Source of the DNA: Candidatus Aalborgicola lynettensis
GTDB lineage: Bacteria; Pseudomonadota; Gammaproteobacteria; Burkholderiales; Burkholderiaceae_C
Assembly: GCA_016719405.1 (NCBI GenBank)
Contig: JADJZE010000019.1
Coordinates: 13,580-77,579, forward strand
Direction: 5' to 3'
DNA: 64,000 bases
Part shown: positions 33,020-42,124 of the stretch, piece after piece
How positions within the stretch are numbered: the stretch's first letter is position 1
How the letters are laid out: every line of letters begins with the position of its first letter
The notes under the pieces: generated by a model
What the model saw: only the letters and a program-made list of their open reading frames with translations
Databases searched by the model: none
Told to the model about the DNA's origin: nothing
Position numbers and translations under genes: made by a program

Positions 33020-33421
33020 ATGCCCAAATACCAAATGCTCATCGAAGTTGTACCCCAATTCCTGCCGGAACAATCCAATCCGGAGAACGCCATCTATGTG
33101 TTTGCCTACACCATCACCATTACCAACACCGGTGACATCGCCGCGCAGGTGATTGCCCGCACCTGGAACGTGAACGACGCCAATGGCCTGCACGAAAAGG
33201 TCAAAGGCCTGGGCGTGGTGGGCCAGCAACCGCTGCTCAAGCCCGGCCAGGCATTTGAATACACCAGCGGCACGCGCCTGCGCACCCCCACCGGCACCAT
33301 GCACGGCAGCTTTTTTTGTGTGGCCGAAGACGGTGAACCCTTTAGCGTGGACATTCCCCTGTTTGTGCTCGACGCCCTGAGCGGTGACGCCGACCACGGC
33401 GAGCGGCGCACCCTGCACTAG
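33020..33421 (+). CDS. apaG: ApaG (DUF525) protein
   Basis: 133 aa containing YVFAYTITITNTG...W.V.DANG...V.G.GVVGQQP.L.PG..F.Y.S. Confidence 0.88.
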   Translation: MPKYQMLIEVVPQFLPEQSNPENAIYVFAYTITITNTGDIAAQVIARTWNVNDANGLHEKVKGLGVVGQQPLLKPGQAFEYTSGTRLRTPTGTMHGSFFCVAEDGEPFSVDIPLFVLDALSGDADHGERRTLH

Positions 33422-33430
33422 ACCGCAGCA

Positions 33431-34420
33431 GTGGGCGAGTTTGAGCTGATCCAGCGCTACTTCACACGCCCGGTACGCAAGGCGGTGCTGGGGGTGGGGG
33501 ACGACTGTGCGCTGCTGCAGCCACGTGCGGGCATGCACATGGCCATTTCCACCGACATGCTGGTGGCGGGGCGGCATTTTTTTGCCGACGTGGACCCGCA
33601 CGCGCTGGGCCACAAGGCGCTGGCCGTCAACCTGAGCGATCTGGCCGCCTGCGGGGCACGGCCCCTGGCGTTCACGCTGGCCCTGTCCCTGCCCCAGGCC
33701 ATTGATGCCTGGCTGGCACCCTTTGCGCAAGGCCTGTGGGCGCTGGCCGATGCACACGGATGTGAACTGATTGGTGGCGACACCACCCAGGGGCCTTTGA
33801 ACATCTGCATCACCGTGTTCGGCGAAGTACCCGCCGGACAGGCCTTGCTGCGCAGCGGCGCGCAGCCGGGCGACGACCTCTATGTGAGTGGCACGCTGGG
33901 TGATGCCCGGCTGGCGCTGGAGGCACTGCAGGGCCACCTGCAACTGCCCGAAGCGGTGCTGGCGAGCGCACGCCAGCGCCTGGAGCGGCCCACACCCCGC
34001 GTGGCCCTGGGGCAAGCCCTGCAAGGCGTGGCCAGCGCGTGCGCCGACATCAGCGACGGCCTGCTTGGCGACCTGGGCCACATCCTGCAGCGATCGGGTG
34101 TGGGGGCCACCATTGACACCGAAAACGCTATTACTTTAATAGCTGCTTGCGCTTGCTGGACGGGCGCAAATGGCAGTTTTGAGCACACTATTGGAAGCCC
34201 CCGCGCACTGCAATGCGTGCTGGCCGGTGGCGACGATTACGAGTTGGTGTTTACCGCCCCCCCGGCCCGGCGCGCCGCCGTGCAGGCCGCCGCGCGCGCC
34301 AGCGCCACGCCGGTTACCCGCATTGGCCAGATTGACGCCACACCGGGTCTGCGGCTGCGGGATGCACAGGGCAGGCCGGTGGATGGAAACTTCGCATCCT
34401 TTGACCACTTCGCCCGATAA
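33431..34420 (+). CDS. thiL: Thiamine-monophosphate kinase, carrying an in-frame family A repeat
   Basis: GTG start. Contains MGEFELIQRYF...GVGDDCALL...GGDDYELVFTA. Confidence 0.9.
   Translation: MGEFELIQRYFTRPVRKAVLGVGDDCALLQPRAGMHMAISTDMLVAGRHFFADVDPHALGHKALAVNLSDLAACGARPLAFTLALSLPQAIDAWLAPFAQGLWALADAHGCELIGGDTTQGPLNICITVFGEVPAGQALLRSGAQPGDDLYVSGTLGDARLALEALQGHLQLPEAVLASARQRLERPTPRVALGQALQGVASACADISDGLLGDLGHILQRSGVGATIDTENAITLIAACACWTGANGSFEHTIGSPRALQCVLAGGDDYELVFTAPPARRAAVQAAARASATPVTRIGQIDATPGLRLRDAQGRPVDGNFASFDHFAR
34127..34184 (+). repeat. Two-hairpin dispersed repeat (family A), copy 2, inside the thiL reading frame
   Basis: GCTATTACTTTAATAGCTGCTTGCGCTTGCTGGACGGGCGCAAATGGCAGTTTTGAGC is translated as AITLIAACACWTGANGSFE. 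Confidence 0.8.
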
Positions 34421-34486
34421 TTTGGGCATGACCGACCCGACCCCCCCCTCACCCTGTTCCCCGACGATCCTGGCCAACCGGCACCC

Positions 34487-35005
34487 ATGGCGCGCCCCAG
34501 CGTTCCGTTTTTACTTTCGCACCCCGCGCACTGGATCGCCTTCGGATTTGGATCGGGCCTGTCGCGTATTGCACCCGGCACGGCAGGCACGGCCTGGGCA
34601 TGGCTTGTTTTTGTGCTGCTGGCGCCATGGATGAACGAGCTGCGCTGGGGCGTGCTGATTGCCGCCAGCCTGCCCCTGGGCTGGTGGGCCTGTACGGTAA
34701 CGGCACGCAACATGGGTGTACTCGACCCCGGCAGCATCGTGTGGGACGAAGTGGTGGCTTTCTGGCTGGTGCTGTGGCTAGTGATGCCCGTGGGCCTGGT
34801 GGGCCAGGTGCTGGCATTTGGCCTGTTCCGCTTTTTTGACGCCGTCAAACCCGGCCCCGTGGGCTGGGCCGATGGCCTGTTCCACCATGTAACCCCCCAG
34901 ACCGACCCCCACGCCTGGACCAAGGCGGGCTTAGGCATCCTGCTCGACGACCTGGTGGCTGCGGGTTGCACCGTGCTGGTGTTTGCACTGTGGAAATGGT
35001 TGTAA
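34487..35005 (+). CDS. pgpA: Phosphatidylglycerophosphatase A
   Basis: 172 aa containing HPAHWIAFGFGSGLSRIAPGTAGTAWAW. Confidence 0.9.
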   Translation: MARPSVPFLLSHPAHWIAFGFGSGLSRIAPGTAGTAWAWLVFVLLAPWMNELRWGVLIAASLPLGWWACTVTARNMGVLDPGSIVWDEVVAFWLVLWLVMPVGLVGQVLAFGLFRFFDAVKPGPVGWADGLFHHVTPQTDPHAWTKAGLGILLDDLVAAGCTVLVFALWKWL

Positions 35006-35691
35006 TGGCCCCCACCACAGCCCGCAGCGACGGTAACGGTGCGGACAGCGGTGGCAGTGGCAGTGGCAGTGGCGGTGGCAGTGGCGGTGGCAGTGGCAGT
35101 GGCAGTGGCAGTGGCAGTGGCAGTGGCAGTGGCAGTGGCAGTGGCAGTGGCAGTGGCAGTGGCAGTGAAATGCTATCAAATCAGGAGCTGCTTGCGCACG
35201 ACTGGCGCGCGCAAATGGCCTTTTTGCTGCATAAAAATGGCTGGTTACTGGCCACCGCCGAGAGTTGCACCGGTGGCCTGATTGCCGCCACCTGCACCGA
35301 CCTGGCCGGCTCCAGTGCCTGGTTTGAGCGTGGCTTTGTCACCTACTCCAATGCCGCCAAAACCGAGCTGCTGGGCGTGGACGCGGCGCTGATTGCCACA
35401 CACGGTGCCGTCAGCGGGCCAGTGGCCTGCGCCATGGCGCAGGGTGCGCTGGCCCACTCCCACGCCCAGGTGGCCGTGGCGGTTACCGGAATAGCCGGCC
35501 CCACCGGTGGCAGCGCCGACAAACCGGTGGGCACCGTCTGGCTGGCCTGGGCCACTGCGGGTGGGGTGGAGTGCGAATGCATCCACTGCCCCGGCGACCG
35601 CGCACAGGTACGCGCCGCCACGGTGCGCCATGCGCTGCACGGTCTGGTGCAGCGGCTAAGTGCCCTGCCCCAATCCGGATGCAGCGGCTAA
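35005..35691 (+). CDS. pncC: Nicotinamide-nucleotide amidohydrolase PncC / CinA C-terminal domain protein with N-terminal Gly-Ser tract
   Basis: Core is [14 protein letters not shown]...[13 protein letters not shown] 35005 overlaps the pgpA stop (TAATG) and is in frame with the repeat. An alternative start at ATG 35169 (MLSNQELL...) would exclude the tract. Confidence 0.8.
   Translation: MAPTTARSDGNGADSGGSGSGSGGGSGGGSGSGSGSGSGSGSGSGSGSGSGSGSEMLSNQELLAHDWRAQMAFLLHKNGWLLATAESCTGGLIAATCTDLAGSSAWFERGFVTYSNAAKTELLGVDAALIATHGAVSGPVACAMAQGALAHSHAQVAVAVTGIAGPTGGSADKPVGTVWLAWATAGGVECECIHCPGDRAQVRAATVRHALHGLVQRLSALPQSGCSG
35050..35166 (+). repeat. Hexanucleotide microsatellite (GGCAGT)n with two GGCGGT variants, 117 bp
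   Basis: Read directly from the sequence. There are 13 uninterrupted GGCAGT units at 35089-35166, preceded by 6 more hexamers. The tract encodes (GS)n in the pncC frame. Confidence 0.99.
35171..35228 (+). repeat. Two-hairpin dispersed repeat (family A), copy 3 (first hairpin degenerate)
   Basis: TGCTATCAAATCAGGAGCTGCTTGCGCACGACTGGCGCGCGCAAATGGCCTTTTTGCT lies immediately after the microsatellite. Confidence 0.65.
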
Positions 35692-37517
35692 AAAGTCTCC
35701 CACCCATCATCGCCCCCTGCCGGTGCCGCCTTGGGCGGTGCTTTGGCAGCGGGAGCGGGTGTTGCAGCAGCGGGCTTGGGGGCAGCGGGTCTGGGAGCGG
35801 CCGCTTTGGCCGCAGCCGCTGGCGAAGTGGCAGCCCTGGCCGCGCCAGAGGCGGTATGGGGTGCGGACGCCGCAGGCCCGGCGTTGCGGCGTTCGGCGCC
35901 GGCAAACGGAATGGCCGGGGGCACGCTGGAGCGCACCTGGGTGCGCGCGGGCTGGGCCACAGTAGAACCCAACTGGAAGAAAGCCACGGACTGCACCAGG
36001 TCTTGCGCCTGGCCGCGCAGGCTGCTGGCGGCGGCGGCCATTTCTTCCACCAGGGCCGCGTTTTGCTGGGTGGTCTGGTCCATTTGCGACACCGCCTCGC
36101 CCACCTGCGCCACGCCCTGCGACTGCTCGTTGCTGGCAGCGCTGATTTCACCCATGATGTCGGTCACGCGTTTGATGCTGTCGACCACCTCGGTCATGGT
36201 GGAGCCGGCCTGGTCCACCAGGGCGCTGCCATGGGAGACCCGCTCCACGCTGGTGTCGATGAGGGTCTTGATTTCTTTGGCGGCCTCAGCGCTGCGCCCG
36301 GCCAGGCTGCGCACCTCGGAGGCCACCACGGCAAAACCACGCCCCTGTTCCCCTGCGCGGGCGGCTTCGACTGCCGCGTTCAGGGCCAGGATATTGGTCT
36401 GGAAGGCAATGCCGTCGATGACACTGATGATGTCGGCAATCTTGCGGCTGGCCTCGTTGATGCCTTTCATGGTGTCCACCACCTGGTTGACCACCACGCC
36501 GCCCTGCACCGCCACGCTGGAGGCACTCAGGGCCAGCTGGTTGGCCTGGCGGGCGCTGTCGGCATTTTGTTTGACGGTGGCACTGAGCTCTTCCATGCTC
36601 GACGCCGTTTCTTCGAGCGCGCTGGCCTGTTGTTCGGTGCGGCTGGAGAGGTCGTTATTGCCCTGGGCAATTTCGGCGCTGGCGGTGGCCACGCTCTCGG
36701 AGCCTTGGCGCACCGTGGCCACCACTTGGGCCAAGTTGCCCTGCATGGTGCCCAGACTGGCCATCAGGCTGTTGGTGTCGCCCACCTTCACATGCACTGT
36801 GCGGGTAAAGTCGCCCTGGGCCACGGCACGGGCAATGTCGGCCGCTGTTTTGGGCTCGCCACCGAGTTCCTGCAACAGGCTGCGGGCGATAAATGCCCCC
36901 ACCGCCGCTGCCAGTGCCAGGGCCAGCACCCCCAGCCCCAGCATGGTGGCGCGGGCGCCCGAGTAAGTGGCCTCGGCAGTCGCCTCGGCCTCCTTCATGA
37001 GTTCGTTTTGACGTGTGGCCAGCGCGCCAATGGCATCCTTGTAGGTGGCCAAGACAGGGCGCAACTGGGCGGTCAAAAAGGTGCGGGATTCATCGGCTTT
37101 ACCTTCCATGATGAGGTCGCTCAAGTTTTTTTGTCCTTCGCGGTATTTGGCTCCCGCTTCCTTGATTTGCTGCAACACCTCTTTGCCTTTGGGCAAAACA
37201 ACCAGACGATCCAGCACCGCCAGCGCATCGTTGGTCTGCTCGAAGGCTTTGGTCACGGTATCGAGCTGTTTTTTACGGTCGTCGGCATTCTCATTGAGCA
37301 TCATGTTGCGCAGGGCAATGGCCACCGCATCAGTCTGCGAGAGAAGGTTTTTTGTGGCGGTTAAAGCGGGAACGCGACTGTCAACCACATAGTTCAAACC
37401 TGCTTCGATGCGCGCCATGGAGGCCAGCCCCACGCCAATAATGACCAACATCAAGGCACACACCAGACCAAACCCCGTCATCAGGCGTGCACGCACGCTC
37501 CAGGCCGCAATATTCAT
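35688..37517 (-). CDS. Methyl-accepting chemotaxis protein with four-helix-bundle type periplasmic domain (MCP2)
   Basis: 609 aa with TM, a ~170 aa periplasmic helical domain, TM, HAMP and an MA domain. It has a Pro/Ala-rich tail ending in GWETF. Its stop overlaps the pncC stop (convergent genes). Confidence 0.93.
   Translation of the reverse strand: MNIAAWSVRARLMTGFGLVCALMLVIIGVGLASMARIEAGLNYVVDSRVPALTATKNLLSQTDAVAIALRNMMLNENADDRKKQLDTVTKAFEQTNDALAVLDRLVVLPKGKEVLQQIKEAGAKYREGQKNLSDLIMEGKADESRTFLTAQLRPVLATYKDAIGALATRQNELMKEAEATAEATYSGARATMLGLGVLALALAAAVGAFIARSLLQELGGEPKTAADIARAVAQGDFTRTVHVKVGDTNSLMASLGTMQGNLAQVVATVRQGSESVATASAEIAQGNNDLSSRTEQQASALEETASSMEELSATVKQNADSARQANQLALSASSVAVQGGVVVNQVVDTMKGINEASRKIADIISVIDGIAFQTNILALNAAVEAARAGEQGRGFAVVASEVRSLAGRSAEAAKEIKTLIDTSVERVSHGSALVDQAGSTMTEVVDSIKRVTDIMGEISAASNEQSQGVAQVGEAVSQMDQTTQQNAALVEEMAAAASSLRGQAQDLVQSVAFFQLGSTVAQPARTQVRSSVPPAIPFAGAERRNAGPAASAPHTASGAARAATSPAAAAKAAAPRPAAPKPAAATPAPAAKAPPKAAPAGGDDGWETF
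35994..36713 (-). repeat. Inverted partner of the MCP1 signalling-domain segment
   Basis: See 28223-28942. Confidence 0.9.
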
Positions 37518-37658
37518 GTGATTTCTCCAACTAATAGCTGTAACACGGAAGCGGCAATATACCGACTTTATGCAGGTCTGGCATGGCCATTTACCCGCAC
37601 AGGGAGCCGGCTACCGGGGCGACTCACTGGGAATGGAGGCGCAGGTCAGACCGTACGC

Positions 37659-38504
37659 TCAGGCACTGCCGTGGCACTTTTTGTATTTTTTCCCACTGCC
37701 GCAATGGCAGGGGTCGTTGCGGCCGGGCACATCGGCGCGGCGCAGTGTTTCCACCCGGGGGCCAATGTTGCGCCAGATCTCGCGCAGGTCGTACACCGCC
37801 CACAGCGCTGCGGCAAAGGCCTCCATGCGCTGGTTACTCAGGGTGGGCGGGGCGTCGTCGCTGATGGCGGAATACTCCGGCGCACCCGCATCGTCTTCGG
37901 TCAGCGCCACAATGGACTGCAGTGCCAGGTCGTGCCATTTGGCGTCCTTCTTGTCGCTGGGCGGCGCCCATTCCTCGGGCCAGGCCTCCACCGCAAACAT
38001 AAAGCCCAGCGCCCACACCTGCCCCAGGGCGGGGATGGCCTCGTGGGCCACATCGGGCCGCTCGGCCTCGGGTAATGCGGCAATGGCGCCACGCACGTCC
38101 ATCACGTCGGGGTAGTAGGCGGCTTCGTCGTCAAGGGATTCGATGGCGGTGTCGAGTGCGGTTTGCACTTGCGCCCAGCGCGCATGCCACAACTGTAAAA
38201 AGCGGTCGCGCTGGGCCGCATCGGCAAACGAACTTTCCGCATCCGGCGCAGCGCCGGCGTCGTCCACCGGTGCGTCCGCGTCGTTGCCAATACCCAACAG
38301 CACATCCAGGTACTCGGCCTGGGGGATGGCGCGGCGACAGCAGACCAGCGCGGCCATAAAACCATCGCAAAACTCCCACTGCGGGGTTTCGTCGTAACGG
38401 GTACGCATGTCCGCCAGAATGGCCTCCATGGCGTCATAAAGATCGTCATCTTCCGGTGTTGCGGTAAGGACGGGTGCGGGGGGTGTGGCAGGTGGGGTGT
38501 TCAT
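37659..38504 (-). CDS. UPF0149/YecA-like protein with C-terminal SEC-C metal-binding motif
   Basis: Starts at ATG 38504 (MNTPPATPPAPV...). The C-terminus is GRNDPCHCGSGKKYKKCHG. The longer ORF-track extension to 38960 overlaps the divergent gene. Confidence 0.75.
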   Translation of the reverse strand: MNTPPATPPAPVLTATPEDDDLYDAMEAILADMRTRYDETPQWEFCDGFMAALVCCRRAIPQAEYLDVLLGIGNDADAPVDDAGAAPDAESSFADAAQRDRFLQLWHARWAQVQTALDTAIESLDDEAAYYPDVMDVRGAIAALPEAERPDVAHEAIPALGQVWALGFMFAVEAWPEEWAPPSDKKDAKWHDLALQSIVALTEDDAGAPEYSAISDDAPPTLSNQRMEAFAAALWAVYDLREIWRNIGPRVETLRRADVPGRNDPCHCGSGKKYKKCHGSA

Positions 38505-38561
38505 GGCAGCATTTTGCCTTGTGGCAAATGGCTGGTATGGTGCGAGCCAAGGAGCGCCACC

Positions 38562-40205
38562 ATGCTGCACTATCTCAATACACTGTTTCCCGTCCGCTAC
38601 ACCGTCATGGGACTGTGTGCCTTTGGCCTGCTGCTCAGTGTGTTCACGCTGGTGGCCTTTGGTGTTGGCCTGGGGATGTTTGTGCTGTTTGCCGCCCTGC
38701 TGGGCCTGGGGGTGTACGACCTGCGCCAGACCAAACGCTCGATTCTGCGCAACTACCCCATCATTGGCCACATCCGTTTCATGCTGGAGTATGTGCGCCC
38801 GGAAATACGCCAGTACTTCATTGAAAGCGACACCGAGGCCACGCCGTTTTCGCGCGCGCAGCGCTCGCTGGTGTACCAGCGCGCCAAGGGCGACCCCGAC
38901 AAGCGCCCGTTTGGCACCCAGCTTGACGTGCATGCCGAAGGCTACGAGTGGATCAACCACTCCATTGCCCCCACCATCGTCGCATCACACGACTTTCGCA
39001 TCCTGGTGGGCCCCGCCACTGCGCAGCCCTATGCCATGAGTGTGTTCAACATTTCGGCCATGAGTTTTGGCGCGCTCAGCGCCAACGCCATTTTGGCCTT
39101 GAACGAGGGTGCACGCATGGGCAGTTTTGCACACGACACGGGTGAAGGCTCCATATCCAGCCACCACCGCGTGCACGGCGGGGACCTGGTGTGGGAGGTG
39201 GGCTCGGGCTACTTTGGCTGCCGCAACGACGATGGCAGTTTTAATGCCGATAAATTTGCCGCCAACGCCTGCGACCCGCAGGTCAAGCTGATTGAACTCA
39301 AACTCAGCCAGGGCGCCAAACCCGGCCACGGTGGTGTATTGCCCGGCGCCAAGGTAACGCCCGAGATTGCCCACGCCCGCGGGGTGCCCGAGGGGGTGGA
39401 CTGCGTTTCGCCCGCTGCGCACAGCGCGTTTACCACCCCGATTGAGATGATGCAGTTCATCGCCCGGCTGCGCAGCCTGTCGGGTGGCAAACCGACCGGC
39501 ATCAAGCTGTGCATCGGCCACCCGTGGGAATGGTTTGCCATGGTAAAGGCCATGCTGGCCACCGGCATCACGCCCGATTTCATTGTGGTGGACGGTGCCG
39601 AGGGCGGCACCGGCGCCGCCCCCATGGAGTTCACCGACCACGTCGGCGCCCCGCTGCAGGAAGGTTTGCTGCTGGTGCACACCACGCTGCGCGGTGTGGG
39701 GCTGCGTGAGCAAATCAAGCTGGGCTGTGCCGGCAAGGTGGTCAGCGCCTTTGACATTGCCCGCATGATGGCGCTGGGCGCCGACTGGTGCAACAGCGCG
39801 CGCGGCTTCATGTTTGCCCTGGGCTGCATCCAGGCCCAGCATTGCCACACCGGGCACTGCCCCACGGGCGTGACCACACAGGACCCGTTGCGCCAGCAAT
39901 CGCTGGTGGTACCCGACAAGGCCCAGCGGGTGTACAACTTTCACCACCAGACGCTTCGCGCCCTCAAGGAACTGGTACAGGCCGCCGGGCTGCAGCACCC
40001 AAAGGAGATCACAGCGCACCACATCGTGCGCCGGGGTACCGACCACAAGGTGAAATCGCTGGCACAGCTTATCCTCACGCAATTGCCCAGTGGTGCACTG
40101 CTGGACACAGACCCCAGCCAACTGCCCATCATCTACAAACACCATTGGTGGCGCGCACGCGCCGAGAGTTTTGTGCCGCTACCCGAGCCCGACATTGCTA
40201 TTTAA
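38562..40205 (+). CDS. FMN-binding glutamate synthase family protein (membrane anchored)
   Basis: AAGGAG lies 8 nt upstream of ATG 38562. Contains N-terminal TM helices, and SQGAKPGHGGVLPG and VVDGAEGGTGAAP motifs. Confidence 0.85.
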   Translation: MLHYLNTLFPVRYTVMGLCAFGLLLSVFTLVAFGVGLGMFVLFAALLGLGVYDLRQTKRSILRNYPIIGHIRFMLEYVRPEIRQYFIESDTEATPFSRAQRSLVYQRAKGDPDKRPFGTQLDVHAEGYEWINHSIAPTIVASHDFRILVGPATAQPYAMSVFNISAMSFGALSANAILALNEGARMGSFAHDTGEGSISSHHRVHGGDLVWEVGSGYFGCRNDDGSFNADKFAANACDPQVKLIELKLSQGAKPGHGGVLPGAKVTPEIAHARGVPEGVDCVSPAAHSAFTTPIEMMQFIARLRSLSGGKPTGIKLCIGHPWEWFAMVKAMLATGITPDFIVVDGAEGGTGAAPMEFTDHVGAPLQEGLLLVHTTLRGVGLREQIKLGCAGKVVSAFDIARMMALGADWCNSARGFMFALGCIQAQHCHTGHCPTGVTTQDPLRQQSLVVPDKAQRVYNFHHQTLRALKELVQAAGLQHPKEITAHHIVRRGTDHKVKSLAQLILTQLPSGALLDTDPSQLPIIYKHHWWRARAESFVPLPEPDIAI

Positions 40206-40253
40206 TTGATAGCAGCTTGCGCACGCACACCCAGCGCAATGAGCCTTTTTGCC
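40196..40253 (+). repeat. Two-hairpin dispersed repeat (family A), copy 4
   Basis: TTGCTATTTAATTGATAGCAGCTTGCGCACGCACACCCAGCGCAATGAGCCTTTTTGCC contains the stop codons of both convergent genes. Confidence 0.7.
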
Positions 40254-40654
40254 ATACACAGAACCGCATGGTCCTTACTCAGCAGCGTGGTGCGCTGCGC
40301 CACCGCCAGGTCGATGAACTTCTGGTCGTCCGGGTCTTTGCAGGTGACCGGGGCCTTGGGGGCAACGGCGTGCAGGTGGACCAGGGTATCGAAGTGTTCC
40401 AGCACGGCCGCTGCCGACCGCTGGTAGAACACCAGGCGCCGCACAATCTGCGGGTAGCCCAGCACCCGCTGCAGTTCTTCGCGCATGGGCTGCGTGGCGA
40501 TCCACCGCAAACGCCCATCTGCCAACGCCTGCCGCAAGGGCGCCGTGGTGGGGTCGGCAAAAACAAATGCATCCAGCACGATGTTGGTGTCCAGAACAAT
40601 GGCCCTGCACGCTAAGGGCGCAGTGCCCTGCGGGTGGGTTAAGGCTGGCTCCAA
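40202..40654 (-). CDS. PIN-domain protein (putative toxin, TIGR00305-like)
   Basis: Contains AIVLDTNIVLDAFVF...KDPDDQKFIDLAVAQRTTLLSKDHAVL. The start is uncertain. TTG 40654 was chosen because the ORF-track start at 40834 overlaps the upstream methyltransferase. Confidence 0.6.
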   Translation of the reverse strand: MEPALTHPQGTAPLACRAIVLDTNIVLDAFVFADPTTAPLRQALADGRLRWIATQPMREELQRVLGYPQIVRRLVFYQRSAAAVLEHFDTLVHLHAVAPKAPVTCKDPDDQKFIDLAVAQRTTLLSKDHAVLCMAKRLIALGVRAQAAIN

Positions 40655-40758
40655 TTGCGTTGCGCTGCCGCCCGGTGCCTCGGCCAAATGGGGGGCAGCA
40701 CAATCGGGGCCCCAGTAGGGGTCGGATTCCGATTTCAGGATGCCGGCTTTGCGGTGCG

Positions 40759-42120
40759 TCACGGCTTTTTGTCCCGGGCGGCGCCTTTGACCATATCGAA
40801 GCGGAACATGCGGCATTCGATGGGGCCATTCCACATGGGCACGCGGCGCGATTCTTTGAGGCGCATCTTTCCGGGCAGCTTCAAGTCCGGGGTGAGTATC
40901 CAGCCGGTCCAGCCGGAAAAATGCTTTTTCCAGTGGCTGGCCAACTGGCTGAAGAACTCACCACCGTCTTCGGTGACGGCCTGCTCGCGGGCGCCAAACT
41001 GGCCTTCAAAATCGGGCTCGCTATTGCGGGCACCATCGCTGCCCTGCCCCACCGCGCGCCGGCTCGCGCCCGAGCGCGTGGCGTGCGCGCTGCCGCTGCC
41101 TGCAACACCGCCAGCGGCAATGCGCTCGCCCCCCGCAATGCCGGCTACGGCAATGCGCTCACCATACGGTGGGTTGAGCAGCAAAATGCCAGGAATGTCG
41201 GTCGGCGGCATGCGCTGCAGCGCGTCGCCCCCCCGGAACTCCACCACGTCGGCCACGCCTGCGCGTTCGGCATTGCGCTGCGCAAAGTCGACCATGCGGT
41301 GCGACACATCGCTGCCATAAATCAGGGCTTTATGGCCTGCAGGCGGCTTGACGACTGCGGAGGCAGCTTCTGTTTTGATAGCAGACCAGACGTGTGCCTG
41401 AAACGGCAGGTATTTCTCAAAGGCAAAGTGGCGCAAGCTGCCGGGGGCAATGTTGCAGGCCATCTGCGCCGCTTCAATGGCAATGGTGCCGCTGCCGCAA
41501 CAGGGGTCGTACAGGGGCAGCAAGTCGTCGTCGCCATCGGCCCAGCCGCTGGCGGCAATCATGGCAGCGGCCAGGGTTTCCTTGAGCGGGGCGTCGCCCT
41601 TGTCCTCGCGCCAGCCGCGCTTGAACAGGGGTTCGCCCGAGGTGTCGAGGTACAGCGAACAGGTGTCGGTGGTCAGGTGGGCGTAGATGCGTGCGTCGGG
41701 CCACTGGGTGTTCACATCGGGGCGCACGCCGTGGGCCTTGGCGCGGAAGCGGTCGCACACCGCGTCCTTGATCTTCAGGGCAGCAAAGTTCAGGCTGGTC
41801 AGCGGGCTGTGCTGGGCCGTCACCTCCACCTTGATGCTTTGTTTGGGGGTAAACCAGATCTCCCACGCCACCTCGCTGGCAGCCTTGTACAGGTCTTGCT
41901 CACTGCGGTAATCTGTGTACGACAGCTGCACCAGCACGCGCTGCGCCAGGCGGCTGTGCAGATTCAGGCGCATGGCATCGCGCCAACTGGCCCGCGCCAT
42001 GACACCGCCACGGCGCGTCAGCAGGTCTTGCCCCTGCAGGCCAGTGAGGTCGTGCACCTCGTGGGCCAGCAGGTCTTCCACGCCGGCGGCGCAGGGGAGA
42101 AAAATTTGGAGTTGGTTCAT
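40759..42120 (-). CDS. THUMP-domain class I SAM-dependent RNA methyltransferase (RlmL-like)
   Basis: 453 aa containing LYDPCCGSGTI and LLLNPPYGERI motifs. A ~55 aa low-complexity insert follows NPPYGERI. Confidence 0.8.
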   Translation of the reverse strand: MNQLQIFLPCAAGVEDLLAHEVHDLTGLQGQDLLTRRGGVMARASWRDAMRLNLHSRLAQRVLVQLSYTDYRSEQDLYKAASEVAWEIWFTPKQSIKVEVTAQHSPLTSLNFAALKIKDAVCDRFRAKAHGVRPDVNTQWPDARIYAHLTTDTCSLYLDTSGEPLFKRGWREDKGDAPLKETLAAAMIAASGWADGDDDLLPLYDPCCGSGTIAIEAAQMACNIAPGSLRHFAFEKYLPFQAHVWSAIKTEAASAVVKPPAGHKALIYGSDVSHRMVDFAQRNAERAGVADVVEFRGGDALQRMPPTDIPGILLLNPPYGERIAVAGIAGGERIAAGGVAGSGSAHATRSGASRRAVGQGSDGARNSEPDFEGQFGAREQAVTEDGGEFFSQLASHWKKHFSGWTGWILTPDLKLPGKMRLKESRRVPMWNGPIECRMFRFDMVKGAARDKKP

Positions 42121-42124
42121 GGTT

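Noticed and set aside
32939-34081. 380-aa minus-strand ORF
   Set aside because: It is antisense to apaG and thiL, both of which have clear family motifs on the plus strand.
34931-35179. Minus-strand ORF encoding (HC)n, CHCHCHCH...
   Set aside because: It is simply the reverse-complement reading of the (GGCAGT)n microsatellite. It has no start context and overlaps the pgpA 3' end.
35571-37364. 597-aa and 411-aa plus-strand ORFs
   Set aside because: They are antisense to MCP2 and have no recognisable motifs.
38985-40145. 386-aa minus-strand ORF
   Set aside because: It is antisense to the FMN glutamate-synthase-family gene.
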